Origin: an uncultured Frankiales bacterium
GTDB lineage: Bacteria; Actinomycetota; Actinomycetes; Mycobacteriales; SCTD01
Reading direction: 5' to 3'
NCBI GenBank assembly: GCA_966212015.1
Contig: CBIHPE010000001.1
Location: 1-57,194, forward strand
Length of the DNA stretch: 57,194 nucleotides
Shown: positions 26,214-35,184 of the stretch, in pieces
Numbering within the stretch: position 1 is the first letter of the stretch
Layout of the letters: the number at the start of each line of letters is the position of its first letter
Translations under genes and position numbers: made by a program
Notes under the pieces: generated by a model
What the model was told of the DNA's origin: nothing
The model's input: only the letters and a program-made list of their open reading frames with translations
Databases searched by the model: none

Positions 26214-27062
26214 ATGGCGCTCACCCCAGGACTGCACCGGATCCCTGTGACGGGGGGCGACCTGGCCGTCGAGGTGCTGCAGGGGACGACCGAGCCGGTG
26301 CTGGCGATCCACGGCATCAGCAGCCACCGCAAGCTGTGGAACTGGCTCAAGGCCGAGTCTCCGGACCTGACGCTGGTCGCGCCCGACCTGCGCGGCCGCG
26401 CGGACTCGTTCGGGGTCGAGGGCGTCAGCACCGTGCCCCAGCACGGGGACGACATGGTCGCCGTCCTCGACGGCCTGGGCCTGGACCGGGTGCACGTGAT
26501 CGGCATGTCGATGGGCGGCTTCATCGGTGTCGAGCTGGCGACCCGCTTCCCGGAGCGCGTGAAGAGCCTGGTCCTCATCGACGGCGGCTTCCCGATGGTC
26601 AAGCCCGCAGGCCTGACCGAGGACAAGGTCGAGACGGTCTTCGCCGACCGGGTCGCGCGGCTCGGCCGCAGCTGGACGCTCGAGGACTTCACCGAGCTCT
26701 TCACCACCAGCACCGCACCGATGCTCGACGCCTCCGACCCGCTGCTCCAGGACTACCTCCGCCACGACCTGGCGGCCGACGGCACCGTGAGGTTGTCCGG
26801 CGACGCGCTCGTCACCGACTTCGTCTCGGTCTTCTTCGCCGACTCCCCGTGGGAGTCGCTGACGCTGCCGGTGCGCTTCGCCCACGCGGAGTTCGCGACG
26901 GGCGAGGGCAGTGCCCCGGCGTACCCGGCGGAGAACGTCGAGCGCTACGCGAGGGTCTGCACCGACGTGCGGTTCGTGCCCGGTGTGGACCACGCCGGGA
27001 GCATCATGACCAAGTCGGGCGCGCTGGTCGCCGCCGACCTGCTGGGGGAGGCGCTCGCGTGA
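26214..27062 (+). CDS. Alpha/beta hydrolase
   Basis: Start at MALTPGLHRIPV (ATG 26214). HG region LAIHGISSH. Nucleophile elbow HVIGMSMGGF. Confidence 0.8.
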   Translation: MALTPGLHRIPVTGGDLAVEVLQGTTEPVLAIHGISSHRKLWNWLKAESPDLTLVAPDLRGRADSFGVEGVSTVPQHGDDMVAVLDGLGLDRVHVIGMSMGGFIGVELATRFPERVKSLVLIDGGFPMVKPAGLTEDKVETVFADRVARLGRSWTLEDFTELFTTSTAPMLDASDPLLQDYLRHDLAADGTVRLSGDALVTDFVSVFFADSPWESLTLPVRFAHAEFATGEGSAPAYPAENVERYARVCTDVRFVPGVDHAGSIMTKSGALVAADLLGEALA

Positions 27063-28465
27063 CGGCGCTCGAGGTGAGTCAGACGGAGATCCTGCTGGAG
27101 GCGCTCGGTCGCGTCGTCCCGGGTGAGCGGCTGGTCGTCGACAACGACGTGCTCGCGAGCATGAGCCACGACGAGGCCGAGTGGGCGCCGGTCGGCCACG
27201 CGGCCGTCGGCCTGCGCGCTCGCAGCGAGGCGGAGGTCGCCGCCGCCGTGCGCGTCGCTGCCGACCTGCTCGTCCCCGTCGTCGCCCGCGGCGCGGGCAC
27301 CGGCCTGTCCGGGGGCGCCAACGCCGTCGACGGCTGCATCGTCATCGACGTCAGCCGGATGACCGGCGTCGAGGTCGACGCCGACAACATGATCTGCACG
27401 GTGCAGCCGGGCATCGTCAACAACGACCTCAAGGCCGTCGTCGCCGAGCACGGGCTCTGGTACCCGCCCGACCCGGCGAGCGCCCCCTGGTCGACGCTCG
27501 GCGGCAACGTCGCGACGAACGCCGGCGGCCTGTGCTGCCTGAAGTACGGCGTGACGCGCGACTACGTCCTCGGCATGCGGGCCGTGATGGGCGGCGCCGC
27601 CGGCTACGGCACGCCCGTGGCCCTGGGGCGCAAGACGAACAAGGGCGTCGCGGGTCTCGACCTCGCCGGCCTGATGGTCGGGTCCGAGGGCATCCTCGGC
27701 GTCGTCACCGAGATCACCCTGAAGCTGCGTCCGGCTGTGCTCGGCACGCCCCGCACCGTCGTCGGCTACTTCAACAGCCTGGTCGCGGCGGGTGAGGCCG
27801 TCGCCTGCGTCACGAAGGCAGGGCTCATCCCGAGCGCGCTCGAGCTGCTCGACCGCGCCGCGCTCGAGGCCGTCGAGGAGTGGAAGCACTTCGGGCTCGA
27901 CCCCGACGCCCAGACCCTGCTGCTCGCCCGCATCGACACCCCCGGCGAGGTCGGTGACCGCGAGGCCGCAGCCGTCGTCGAGTGCTTCGAGCGCGGCGGC
28001 GCCACCTGGGCTGCCCAGTCGACCGACGACGCCGAGGCGGAGGCGCTCTTCGAGGCCCGCCGGCTCGCCTACCCGGCCCTCGAGCGGCTCGGCCCGGTCC
28101 TCACCGAGGACATCTGCGTCCCGCGCTCGAAGGTGCCCGTGATGCTCGCGCAGGTCGAGGAGATCGCGGCTCGCAACAGCAGCCGGATCACCACCATCGC
28201 CCACGCCGGTGACGGCAACCTCCACCCGCTGATCCTCACCCCCGTCGGGGACGACGCCGCCAAGGCGCGAGCCCAGGTCGCCTTCGAGGAGCTGCTCGAC
28301 GCTGCCATCGCCCTGGGCGGGACGGTCACAGGAGAGCACGGGGTCGGCCTCCTCAAGAAGGGCGGGATGGAGCGCGAGCTCGACCCCGCCGCGCTCGGGC
28401 TCATGCGGTCGGTCAAGGAAGCGCTCGACCCGCGCGGGATCTTCAACCCAGGGAAGGTGGTCTGA
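27059..28465 (+). CDS. FAD-linked oxidase (GlcD / D-lactate dehydrogenase-like)
   Basis: 468 aa from GTG 27059 (GTGA overlap). FAD-binding PCMH motif VVARGAGTGLSGGA. C-terminal GEHGVGLLKK. Confidence 0.88.
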   Translation: MTALEVSQTEILLEALGRVVPGERLVVDNDVLASMSHDEAEWAPVGHAAVGLRARSEAEVAAAVRVAADLLVPVVARGAGTGLSGGANAVDGCIVIDVSRMTGVEVDADNMICTVQPGIVNNDLKAVVAEHGLWYPPDPASAPWSTLGGNVATNAGGLCCLKYGVTRDYVLGMRAVMGGAAGYGTPVALGRKTNKGVAGLDLAGLMVGSEGILGVVTEITLKLRPAVLGTPRTVVGYFNSLVAAGEAVACVTKAGLIPSALELLDRAALEAVEEWKHFGLDPDAQTLLLARIDTPGEVGDREAAAVVECFERGGATWAAQSTDDAEAEALFEARRLAYPALERLGPVLTEDICVPRSKVPVMLAQVEEIAARNSSRITTIAHAGDGNLHPLILTPVGDDAAKARAQVAFEELLDAAIALGGTVTGEHGVGLLKKGGMERELDPAALGLMRSVKEALDPRGIFNPGKVV

Positions 28466-29484
28466 TGAGCCTCGCAACCCTTACGAGGTCCTCCGGCCCT
28501 GCGCTCGTCGAGCTCGTCGACGGCCTGGCTGCCCGTTCGGGAGCGTGGGTGGTCGTCGAGCGCTTCGGCGCCGTCGTCACCCACGGCGCGGGCGCCGGGG
28601 CCTGCCCCGCTGCGCTGGCGACCAGCCTCATCGGGAAGTCCACGTCGGAACTCCGGGCCGCCGTCTGCTGGAAGCGCTCCGCCAAGGGCCTGACCGGCAC
28701 GCTCGACGGCGTCGCGGTCAGTGCCGCCGAGCTCGGCGACGGCGTCACCGCCTGGTTCCTCGGGGGGCCTCTCGAGGACGGCGCCGTCACCCTGCTCTCC
28801 GAGGCCGTGCACGGCTGCGGCCCCGTCACCGACGCCTTCGTCGAGGAGCTGCTGCACCCACGCGGCCCTGCCCGCCGAGGACGTGCGCCGCTCGCCCGCC
28901 TGGTCGTCCTGCAGTCGGAGGCCCCGGGGCTCGCCCGACGTGCGTCCGCCCTCGTCGCGGGCACCGATGGGCGGGTCCACGAGGAGGAGGGACTGGTGCT
29001 CGTCGCCCTGCCGGCCGGTGGGGACGTCGAGCAGCTGGTCGCCCGGCTCGGTGGCGACGTCGTCGCGGGCGTGGCGGACGTCGTCGCGGACGCCAGCGAC
29101 TGGGTCTCGGCGGCGGCGCTGGCTGCCGGAAGTGCCTGCGCCGCAAGGGATCTCGGGCTGACCATCGGGCGGCCCGACGACCCTGCTGTTGCCGGTGAGC
29201 TGGTCGTCAACGAGGCCCAGCAGGCCGTGGCCGAGCTGGTGCGCAGCCTTCCCGACGCGCCACTGCGACGCCTGCAGGAGCACGATGCGAGGTCCGGCGG
29301 CGAGCTCGTCTCGAGCCTCACCGCCTGGTGCCGGGCCGGCTTCGACGTGCCCACCGCCGCGACCGTCCTGCACGTCCACGCCAACACCCTGCGCTACCGC
29401 CTGAAGCGGGCTGCAGAGGTCAGCGGCCTCGACGTGACCCGCCCACGACAGCTCCTGGCCCTGCAGCTCCTGCTCGAGGTGTGA
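28465..29484 (+). CDS. PucR-family transcriptional regulator
   Basis: 339 aa. C-terminal HTH AATVLHVHANTLRYRLKRAAEVSGLDV. The start shares 1 nt with the oxidase stop (TGATG). Confidence 0.8.
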   Translation: MSLATLTRSSGPALVELVDGLAARSGAWVVVERFGAVVTHGAGAGACPAALATSLIGKSTSELRAAVCWKRSAKGLTGTLDGVAVSAAELGDGVTAWFLGGPLEDGAVTLLSEAVHGCGPVTDAFVEELLHPRGPARRGRAPLARLVVLQSEAPGLARRASALVAGTDGRVHEEEGLVLVALPAGGDVEQLVARLGGDVVAGVADVVADASDWVSAAALAAGSACAARDLGLTIGRPDDPAVAGELVVNEAQQAVAELVRSLPDAPLRRLQEHDARSGGELVSSLTAWCRAGFDVPTAATVLHVHANTLRYRLKRAAEVSGLDVTRPRQLLALQLLLEV

Positions 29485-29494
29485 CACTTCCGAC

Positions 29495-31264
29495 GTGACG
29501 GAGTCCTGGCTGCAGCTGCTGCTGCGCGACGCCTCGGCCGCTGAGCTCGAGGCGCACCGCGTCGCGCTCCTCGCAGCAGGGCACGAAGGCGTCGAGGTCG
29601 AGGCGCGGGAGGCGCTGCAGCTGCACGCGCTGCTGCGCGAACGCGCGAGCCGTGCGTCCGAGCTCGCGGCCCTCTCGGAGATGGCGAGCCGGCTCACCTC
29701 GGTGCGGGACCTGTCCGAGCTGCTCGCCGACAGCGCGCGGCAGGCCCGGCAGCTGCTGCGCACCGATGTCAGCTACCTCGCCCTGCTCGAGGGCGACTCG
29801 CTGCGCATCCGCTACTTCGACGGCACGCTCTCACCGACCTTCCGCGACATCCGGCTGTCCCTGACCGAGGGCCTCGCAGGCCGCATCTTCACCAGCGGCA
29901 AGTCGTCCTGGACCAGCGACTACCTCAACGACCCGTCCTTCCCGCACTCGGCGGCTGCCGACGAGCTCGCCGGCGACGAGCAGCTGCGGGCCATCCTCGG
30001 CGTACCGCTCCATGCCCGCGGCGAGACCATCGGGGCGCTGTTCACCTCCGACCGCCAGAGCCGACCCTTCACCGACGGGGAGGTGCAGCTGCTCGCCGGT
30101 CTTGCCGGGCACGCCTCGGTCGCCATCGAGAACGCGCGGCTGTTCGACGCCGAGCGGGAGGCTGCGCAGGACCTGCGGGCTTCCGCCGCCGCCGTCGACC
30201 GCGCGATCGCCTTGCACGAGCGACTGACCGACGCCGCGGTCCGCGGCGGTGGGCCGGCTGCGGTCGTGTCCGCCCTGAGCGATGTGCTCGCCGTCCCGGT
30301 CCAGCTGCTCGACGCCTCCGACCGCTCCCTCGCCGGGCCGGACCTCGGGGTCGAGCCGCCCTCGCAGCGCTTCGCGGGAGGCGAGCGCGGGACCGTCGTC
30401 GAGGAGTCGTTCGTCCTCTGCCCCGTCGTCGCGGCGGAGGACTACCTCGGCTGCCTCGTCGTCCGGGCCACCCGCACCGCTGACGATGCCGAGGTCCGGC
30501 TCCTCGAGCGCGGCGCTCTGGGCATCGCGCTCTCGCTGGTGCAGGAACGCGCCCTCACCGACGCAGCGACCAGGTCTGCCGGCGAGCTCCTCGCCGCCCT
30601 GGTCGAGGGCGGCGAGTCCGAGGTCCTCGAGCGTCGCGCGGCGTCGGTGCGCGTCGACCTGCGCATCCCGCACGTCGTGGCGCTCGTCGAGACCGACGAC
30701 CCCGCCGCCCGCAGCGCCTGCGTCGACCTCGCTCGCCGCAACGGCGGTCTCGTCGTCGACCGCGCGGGCCGCACGCTGCTGCTGGTGAAGGACGGCGTGG
30801 ACCTCTCCGGCCTTGCGGGTACGGCCACGGTCGGCGTCTCCGGTGCGGTGACCGGAGCCGCGGCGATGCCGGGCGCGCTCGCGTCGGCGCGGCGCTGCCT
30901 GGCGGCGCTGCTGGCGCTGGGCCGGCGTGGCGTCGTCGGGGGTGCCGCCGAGCTCGGCGTCTACCGCTTCCTGCTGGCCTCCGGCGGGCCCGACGAGGCG
31001 GCCGAGTTCGTCGCACGCACCATCGGGCCGCTGCTGCTGCACGACGAGGCGCGCGGGACCGAGCTGGCCCGCACCCTCGAGGAGTACCTCGCCTCAGGCC
31101 GCCAGCACTCGGCGACGGCGGAGCGGCTGCACATCCACCCCAACACGCTCTACCAGCGGCTCACCCGCATCGGCGCTGTCCTCGGTGAGGACTGGCGCGA
31201 GCCGGACGCGGCCCTCGACCTCCACGTCGCGCTCCGCCTGCACCGGCTCGCGGCGAGCCTCTAG
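29495..31264 (+). CDS. GAF-domain PucR-family transcriptional regulator
   Basis: 589 aa. GAF-like N-terminal region (LAGRIFTSGKS...GALFTSDRQSRPFTDGEVQLL). C-terminal HTH TAERLHIHPNTLYQRLTRIGAVLG. Confidence 0.85.
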   Translation: MTESWLQLLLRDASAAELEAHRVALLAAGHEGVEVEAREALQLHALLRERASRASELAALSEMASRLTSVRDLSELLADSARQARQLLRTDVSYLALLEGDSLRIRYFDGTLSPTFRDIRLSLTEGLAGRIFTSGKSSWTSDYLNDPSFPHSAAADELAGDEQLRAILGVPLHARGETIGALFTSDRQSRPFTDGEVQLLAGLAGHASVAIENARLFDAEREAAQDLRASAAAVDRAIALHERLTDAAVRGGGPAAVVSALSDVLAVPVQLLDASDRSLAGPDLGVEPPSQRFAGGERGTVVEESFVLCPVVAAEDYLGCLVVRATRTADDAEVRLLERGALGIALSLVQERALTDAATRSAGELLAALVEGGESEVLERRAASVRVDLRIPHVVALVETDDPAARSACVDLARRNGGLVVDRAGRTLLLVKDGVDLSGLAGTATVGVSGAVTGAAAMPGALASARRCLAALLALGRRGVVGGAAELGVYRFLLASGGPDEAAEFVARTIGPLLLHDEARGTELARTLEEYLASGRQHSATAERLHIHPNTLYQRLTRIGAVLGEDWREPDAALDLHVALRLHRLAASL

Positions 31265-31683
31265 GCGCGCTGGCGGGCCGGCTCGTCGTGCGACGCCGCC
31301 CGCGGCGCGGGCACGCGCGGCGTCAGGACGCTCGCCACGACCTCGACGAACGTCGCGAAGTCAAACGGCTTCGACAGCACGGCGGAGGCGAGCGACCGGT
31401 CCGGTGCCGACTCGAGCTCGGTCATCGGCTTGCCGGACACGACGACGATCGGGACGGAGCGCGTGAGCGGGTCGCGGCCGAGGTGCTGCGCGACCTCCCA
31501 GCCCGTCATGCCCGGCATCATGATGTCCAGCGTCACGACGTCGGGCCGGTGCTCGGCCGCGAGCGCGAGCGCGGTCGGGCCGTCGGCAGCGGTGATGACC
31601 CGGTAGCCCTCCATCTGCAGGGTCACCTCGATGAGCAGGCGGATGGAGTCCTCGTCGTCGACCACGAGCGCGAGCGGAGTCAT
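31261..31683 (-). CDS. Stand-alone response-regulator receiver protein
   Basis: 140 aa. LVVDDEDSIR, phospho-acceptor region VTLDIMMPGMTG, SKPFD. No output domain. Confidence 0.88.
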   Translation of the reverse strand: MTPLALVVDDEDSIRLLIEVTLQMEGYRVITAADGPTALALAAEHRPDVVTLDIMMPGMTGWEVAQHLGRDPLTRSVPIVVVSGKPMTELESAPDRSLASAVLSKPFDFATFVEVVASVLTPRVPAPRAASHDEPARQRA

Positions 31684-31785
31684 GCCATGGAGTTCGGCAC
31701 GGCGGCCGCGGGACTACCTGACGAACGAGGCGTCACCCACCTGGCCCGAAGTGACCATTCAGAGTCCGGAGAAGCCCTGGATGCC

Positions 31786-32343
31786 CTATTCGCCGAGGGG
31801 GTCGCAGAGCTTGCAGGGGGTGAGGCCGGGAGTCGTCGCGGTGACTGACCGGAGGTTGTCGCGGCCGTCGACGGCGACGCAGTCGGTGCGGTGGATCATC
31901 GTTCCGGTCTTGGTGGCGACCAGGTCGACGGCGGCGACCGCCGTGCCGGCGGTGCCGCGCGCAGTGCGGGTCTGCGGCTGGGCCTGCGCCTGCATGAGCT
32001 CCTCCATGCGGAGCAGCACGGCCTGCATCTCCTCGCGCCCGACCCGGTTCTCCCGGACGAGCAGGGTCATCCAGTAGGCGAAGTAGACGAAGCCGCCGCC
32101 GATCACGAAGGCGAGGCCGAGCAGACCGCCCGAGATGAGGTACGGGACCTGCTCGAACAGCAGCACCGTGTGCGAGGCGCCGTACCAGCCGAGCAGGACG
32201 AAGACGACACCGAGCGGCAGCAGGGTGCCGCCGACGACGAGCATCCACCGGTCGCTGAAGGAGAACGTCGCGCGGGGCACCCGCAGGCCCTGGACGTTGG
32301 AGGCGAGCCGCTCCTGGCGGAGGTCGGCGTCGGCTGTGGTCAT
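31786..32343 (-). CDS. Two-TM membrane protein with a C-terminal Cys-x(n)-Cys-x2-Cys motif
   Basis: 185 aa from ATG 32343 (ATGA overlap with the upstream stop). Two hydrophobic helices. C-terminal MIHRTDC...GLTPCKLCDP resembles small Ada-like zinc-binding modules (inference). Confidence 0.7.
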   Translation of the reverse strand: MTTADADLRQERLASNVQGLRVPRATFSFSDRWMLVVGGTLLPLGVVFVLLGWYGASHTVLLFEQVPYLISGGLLGLAFVIGGGFVYFAYWMTLLVRENRVGREEMQAVLLRMEELMQAQAQPQTRTARGTAGTAVAAVDLVATKTGTMIHRTDCVAVDGRDNLRSVTATTPGLTPCKLCDPLGE

Positions 32344-33686
32344 CGGTTCTCCTCGAGGGGGCACACGGGTGGGACTGCTTCGAGCACCTTGTCAGGAAGT
32401 CGCTTGAAGCCAAAGGCCATCAGTCCGACACCGACCAGGCCGAGGACCGGCAGGAACGGTGAGAGGCCGCCGTAGAGCGGTCGGGACACGGCGGCGTTCG
32501 ACGTGCCAGGGTTGGCGATCGTCGGCGGCGCCCCGGTGGTGCCGCCGGTCGTCGTCGGCACCCCACCGGTCGTGGTCGGGTTGCCGGAGAACCCGCCCGA
32601 GCCGGACGTAGTGCCTGCGGAGCTGCCGCCCGTGCCTCCGCTCGTCGTCGTGCTGCCGGTCGTCGTGCCTCCGGTCGTCCCGCCCGTCGACCCACTGGGG
32701 AAGTCGAAGCCGGGGATGCTGGTCGCCGTGACGTTGGCACCGCCGAGAGAGATCGTGAACGTGTAGCCGGCCTGCGGAGCGAACACGGCCACCAGGCTGC
32801 CTGAGGTGTAGGAGACGCTCGCGCCGTCCGGCTTGCCCTGAGGCTGGCTCACGCGCAGCGTGAGGCCGGCGTTCGAGAGCGCGCCGTTCACCTGGTTCTG
32901 CAGCGCGCCGAGCGCGGCCCCCTGTCCCTGGACCGTCACACCGTTCTCGTCGATGTTGACCGGGACACCCGCCACGGTGGCTCCGGTGACCGTGGTGTGA
33001 CCGCTCACCTTCGCCGCCTTGCCGTCGGTCGTCGCGGTGGCCTCGGACGTCACCGAGCCGATGTGCACGACGGTCGCGAGCGTGATGTCGGAGACGCTGC
33101 TCTTCGCCGCCGACATGGCGCTCGCCGGGCCGGTCAGGTTGGTCTTGGCCGCGGCCGTCGACGGGCCGAAGGTGCCCACCGGGGCGGTCACGCTGTCGAC
33201 GTGGGCGTCAGCCGACGTGACCTCGGGCTTCGCCGTCGCTGTCATCGTGGTGCCCTGGACCTGGGTGTTGGTCACGGTGTCGGGCGTCTGTCCCATCCGC
33301 ACCTGCGCGCGGACAGGCGTGTTCAGCGCCGTGGCTTGCGACGGGATCTGGCCGTTGCTGGCCGTGATGAGCAGGTCGCCGAGGTCGGCAGCGAGCGCAC
33401 CGGGCCAGGCGACAGAGGCAAGAGCCTGGCCGGTCGGGCCGTTCTGAAGAGTGGTCGTCGCCTCGGGCAGGGCACCCTCGCAGCCGTTGGCTGCAGCGGT
33501 CGTCGTGTAGCAGAAGTTGGGCTCACCGACCCTGAGCTGGACGCCCTGCGCGAACCCGTTGAGGGCGTAGGACCCCAGGCCCGAACCCAGCGTGCCGTCG
33601 GCCGCGCCAGCGGTTGCCATCGGCAGCGCAGCGCCTGCCACGCAAGCGATCCCGGCCACGACGAGGGCAGCACCGGAGCGCCTCAT
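32340..33686 (-). CDS. Secreted Thr/Gly-rich protein with a C-terminal membrane anchor
   Basis: 448 aa. Signal peptide ending ATAGAADG. Thr/Ala/Gly-rich body. ~70-aa G/T/S low-complexity tract. C-terminal hydrophobic helix LSPFLPVLGLVGVGLMAFGF followed by KR. ATGA overlap with the livF-like stop. Confidence 0.75.
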   Translation of the reverse strand: MRRSGAALVVAGIACVAGAALPMATAGAADGTLGSGLGSYALNGFAQGVQLRVGEPNFCYTTTAAANGCEGALPEATTTLQNGPTGQALASVAWPGALAADLGDLLITASNGQIPSQATALNTPVRAQVRMGQTPDTVTNTQVQGTTMTATAKPEVTSADAHVDSVTAPVGTFGPSTAAAKTNLTGPASAMSAAKSSVSDITLATVVHIGSVTSEATATTDGKAAKVSGHTTVTGATVAGVPVNIDENGVTVQGQGAALGALQNQVNGALSNAGLTLRVSQPQGKPDGASVSYTSGSLVAVFAPQAGYTFTISLGGANVTATSIPGFDFPSGSTGGTTGGTTTGSTTTSGGTGGSSAGTTSGSGGFSGNPTTTGGVPTTTGGTTGAPPTIANPGTSNAAVSRPLYGGLSPFLPVLGLVGVGLMAFGFKRLPDKVLEAVPPVCPLEENR

Positions 33687-34393
33687 GCTGCACCTCCGAG
33701 GTAGGCCTCGTTGACGAAGTCCGCGACATCCGCGGGCTGGCCCACCATCGCGATCCGGCCGCCGGTCATGACTGCGGCGTAGTCGGAGACGGCGAGAGCC
33801 GTGCGGGCGAACTGCTCCACGAGCAGGATGCTGATGCCCTCCTGGGCCAGCTGCCCGACCAGCTCGTAGAGCTCGGACACGATCTTGGGAGCGAGCCCCA
33901 TGGAGATCTCGTCGAGCAGCAGGATCCCCGGGTCGGCCACGAGTGCGCGCGACATGGCGAGCATCTGCTGCTCACCGCCGGACATCGTCCCGGCGAGCTG
34001 GTTGCGCCGCTCCCCGAGCCGGGGGAAGCGGGTGTAGGCCTTCTCCTGCACCTCGTTCGTGGAGTACGGCGAGGCGTAGGTGAACATGCGGAGGTTCTCG
34101 TTGACCGTGAGGTTGGGGAAGACGCCGCGGCCCTCCGGGATGCGGCACACGCCTGCCTTCGCGAGGCTCTCCGGCTGGACCCGGTTCACGTGCGAACCAG
34201 CGACGTGGATGCATCCGGACGTAGGGCGGACGTAACCTGACGCGACGAGCATGGTCGTGGTCTTGCCCGCGCCGTTGGGCCCGAGCAGCGCGTAGACCGT
34301 CCCCGCGGGCACGGACAGGGAGACGTCGTGGAGGACCTCGATCCGGCCGTAGCCGGCGTTGATGCCCTTCAGCTCGAGTGCGGGGGCGGCCAC
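33683..34393 (-). CDS. HAAT-family ABC transporter ATP-binding protein (LivF-like)
   Basis: 236 aa. Walker A GPNGAGKTT, signature MSGGEQQ, Walker B LLLDEISMGLAP. Confidence 0.92.
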   Translation of the reverse strand: MAAPALELKGINAGYGRIEVLHDVSLSVPAGTVYALLGPNGAGKTTTMLVASGYVRPTSGCIHVAGSHVNRVQPESLAKAGVCRIPEGRGVFPNLTVNENLRMFTYASPYSTNEVQEKAYTRFPRLGERRNQLAGTMSGGEQQMLAMSRALVADPGILLLDEISMGLAPKIVSELYELVGQLAQEGISILLVEQFARTALAVSDYAAVMTGGRIAMVGQPADVADFVNEAYLGGAA

Positions 34394-35184
34394 TAGTCCT
34401 CAGCTCCCAGGTAGGCGGCTTGCACGGCCGGGTCGGCTTGCACGTCCTTGGGGAACCCGACGCTGATGATGCGCCCGAAGTCGAGGACGTGGATGCGGTC
34501 GCAGACGCGCATGACGAGGTCGACGTCGTGCTCGACGACGAGCACCGCGATGCCCTCCTGCGCGAGCTCGATGAGCAGGTCGCCGAGCGCCTCGGACTCC
34601 GCGATGTCGAGGCCGGAGGCGGGCTCGTCGAGCAGCAGGACCTTCGGGTGCGTGGCGAGCCCGCGACCGAGCTCGACGAGCCGGGCGAGGCCGGTGGGGA
34701 GCATGTCGACGCGCTCGTGCTGCACGTGCGTGAGACCGACCCGCTCGACGATCTGGTCCGCGACGGCCCGGGGGTCGCTCTTGTCCTTCGACCAGCCGCG
34801 TCGGAACTCAGCGGCCGCCAGGATGTTGTCGCGCGCGGTCAGGGTGCCGAAGACCTCGAGCCTTTGGAAGGTGCGCGCCAGGCCCTTGCGTGCCCGCTTG
34901 TAGGGCGAGAGGGAGCTGACGTCCTCGTTGCCGAGGAACACCCTGCCGTTCGTGGGTGTCTCAAGGCCTGTGATGACGTTGAACGTCGTGGTCTTCCCGG
35001 CGCCGTTCGGGCCGATCAGGCCCGTCACCTGACCAGCGAGGCACGCGATGGTCGCAGCGCTCACGGCCTGCACCCCGCCGAAGCGGACGGACACCTCGTC
35101 GACGTAGAGCGCGACCTGCGGGTCGAGCGGGTCGTACTGGTGGTCGATGTGTGGGACGTAGGTCTCGAGATCAACCGTGGACAA
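34393..35184 (-). CDS. HAAT-family ABC transporter ATP-binding protein (LivG-like)
   Basis: 263 aa. Walker A GPNGAGKTT, Walker B LLLDEPASGL, H-loop VVEHDV. Confidence 0.92.
   Translation of the reverse strand: MSTVDLETYVPHIDHQYDPLDPQVALYVDEVSVRFGGVQAVSAATIACLAGQVTGLIGPNGAGKTTTFNVITGLETPTNGRVFLGNEDVSSLSPYKRARKGLARTFQRLEVFGTLTARDNILAAAEFRRGWSKDKSDPRAVADQIVERVGLTHVQHERVDMLPTGLARLVELGRGLATHPKVLLLDEPASGLDIAESEALGDLLIELAQEGIAVLVVEHDVDLVMRVCDRIHVLDFGRIISVGFPKDVQADPAVQAAYLGAED

Noticed and set aside
24707-26713. 668-aa minus-strand ORF, and 28069-29763 minus
   Set aside because: Ser/Arg/Thr/Pro-rich antisense frames opposite motif-bearing kinase, hydrolase and regulator genes.
31261-31264. CTAG shared by the stop codons of convergent genes (PucR-type regulator and receiver protein)
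   Set aside because: It is real but trivial. Both genes end in TAG, read from the palindromic CTAG, and no functional implication can be supported.
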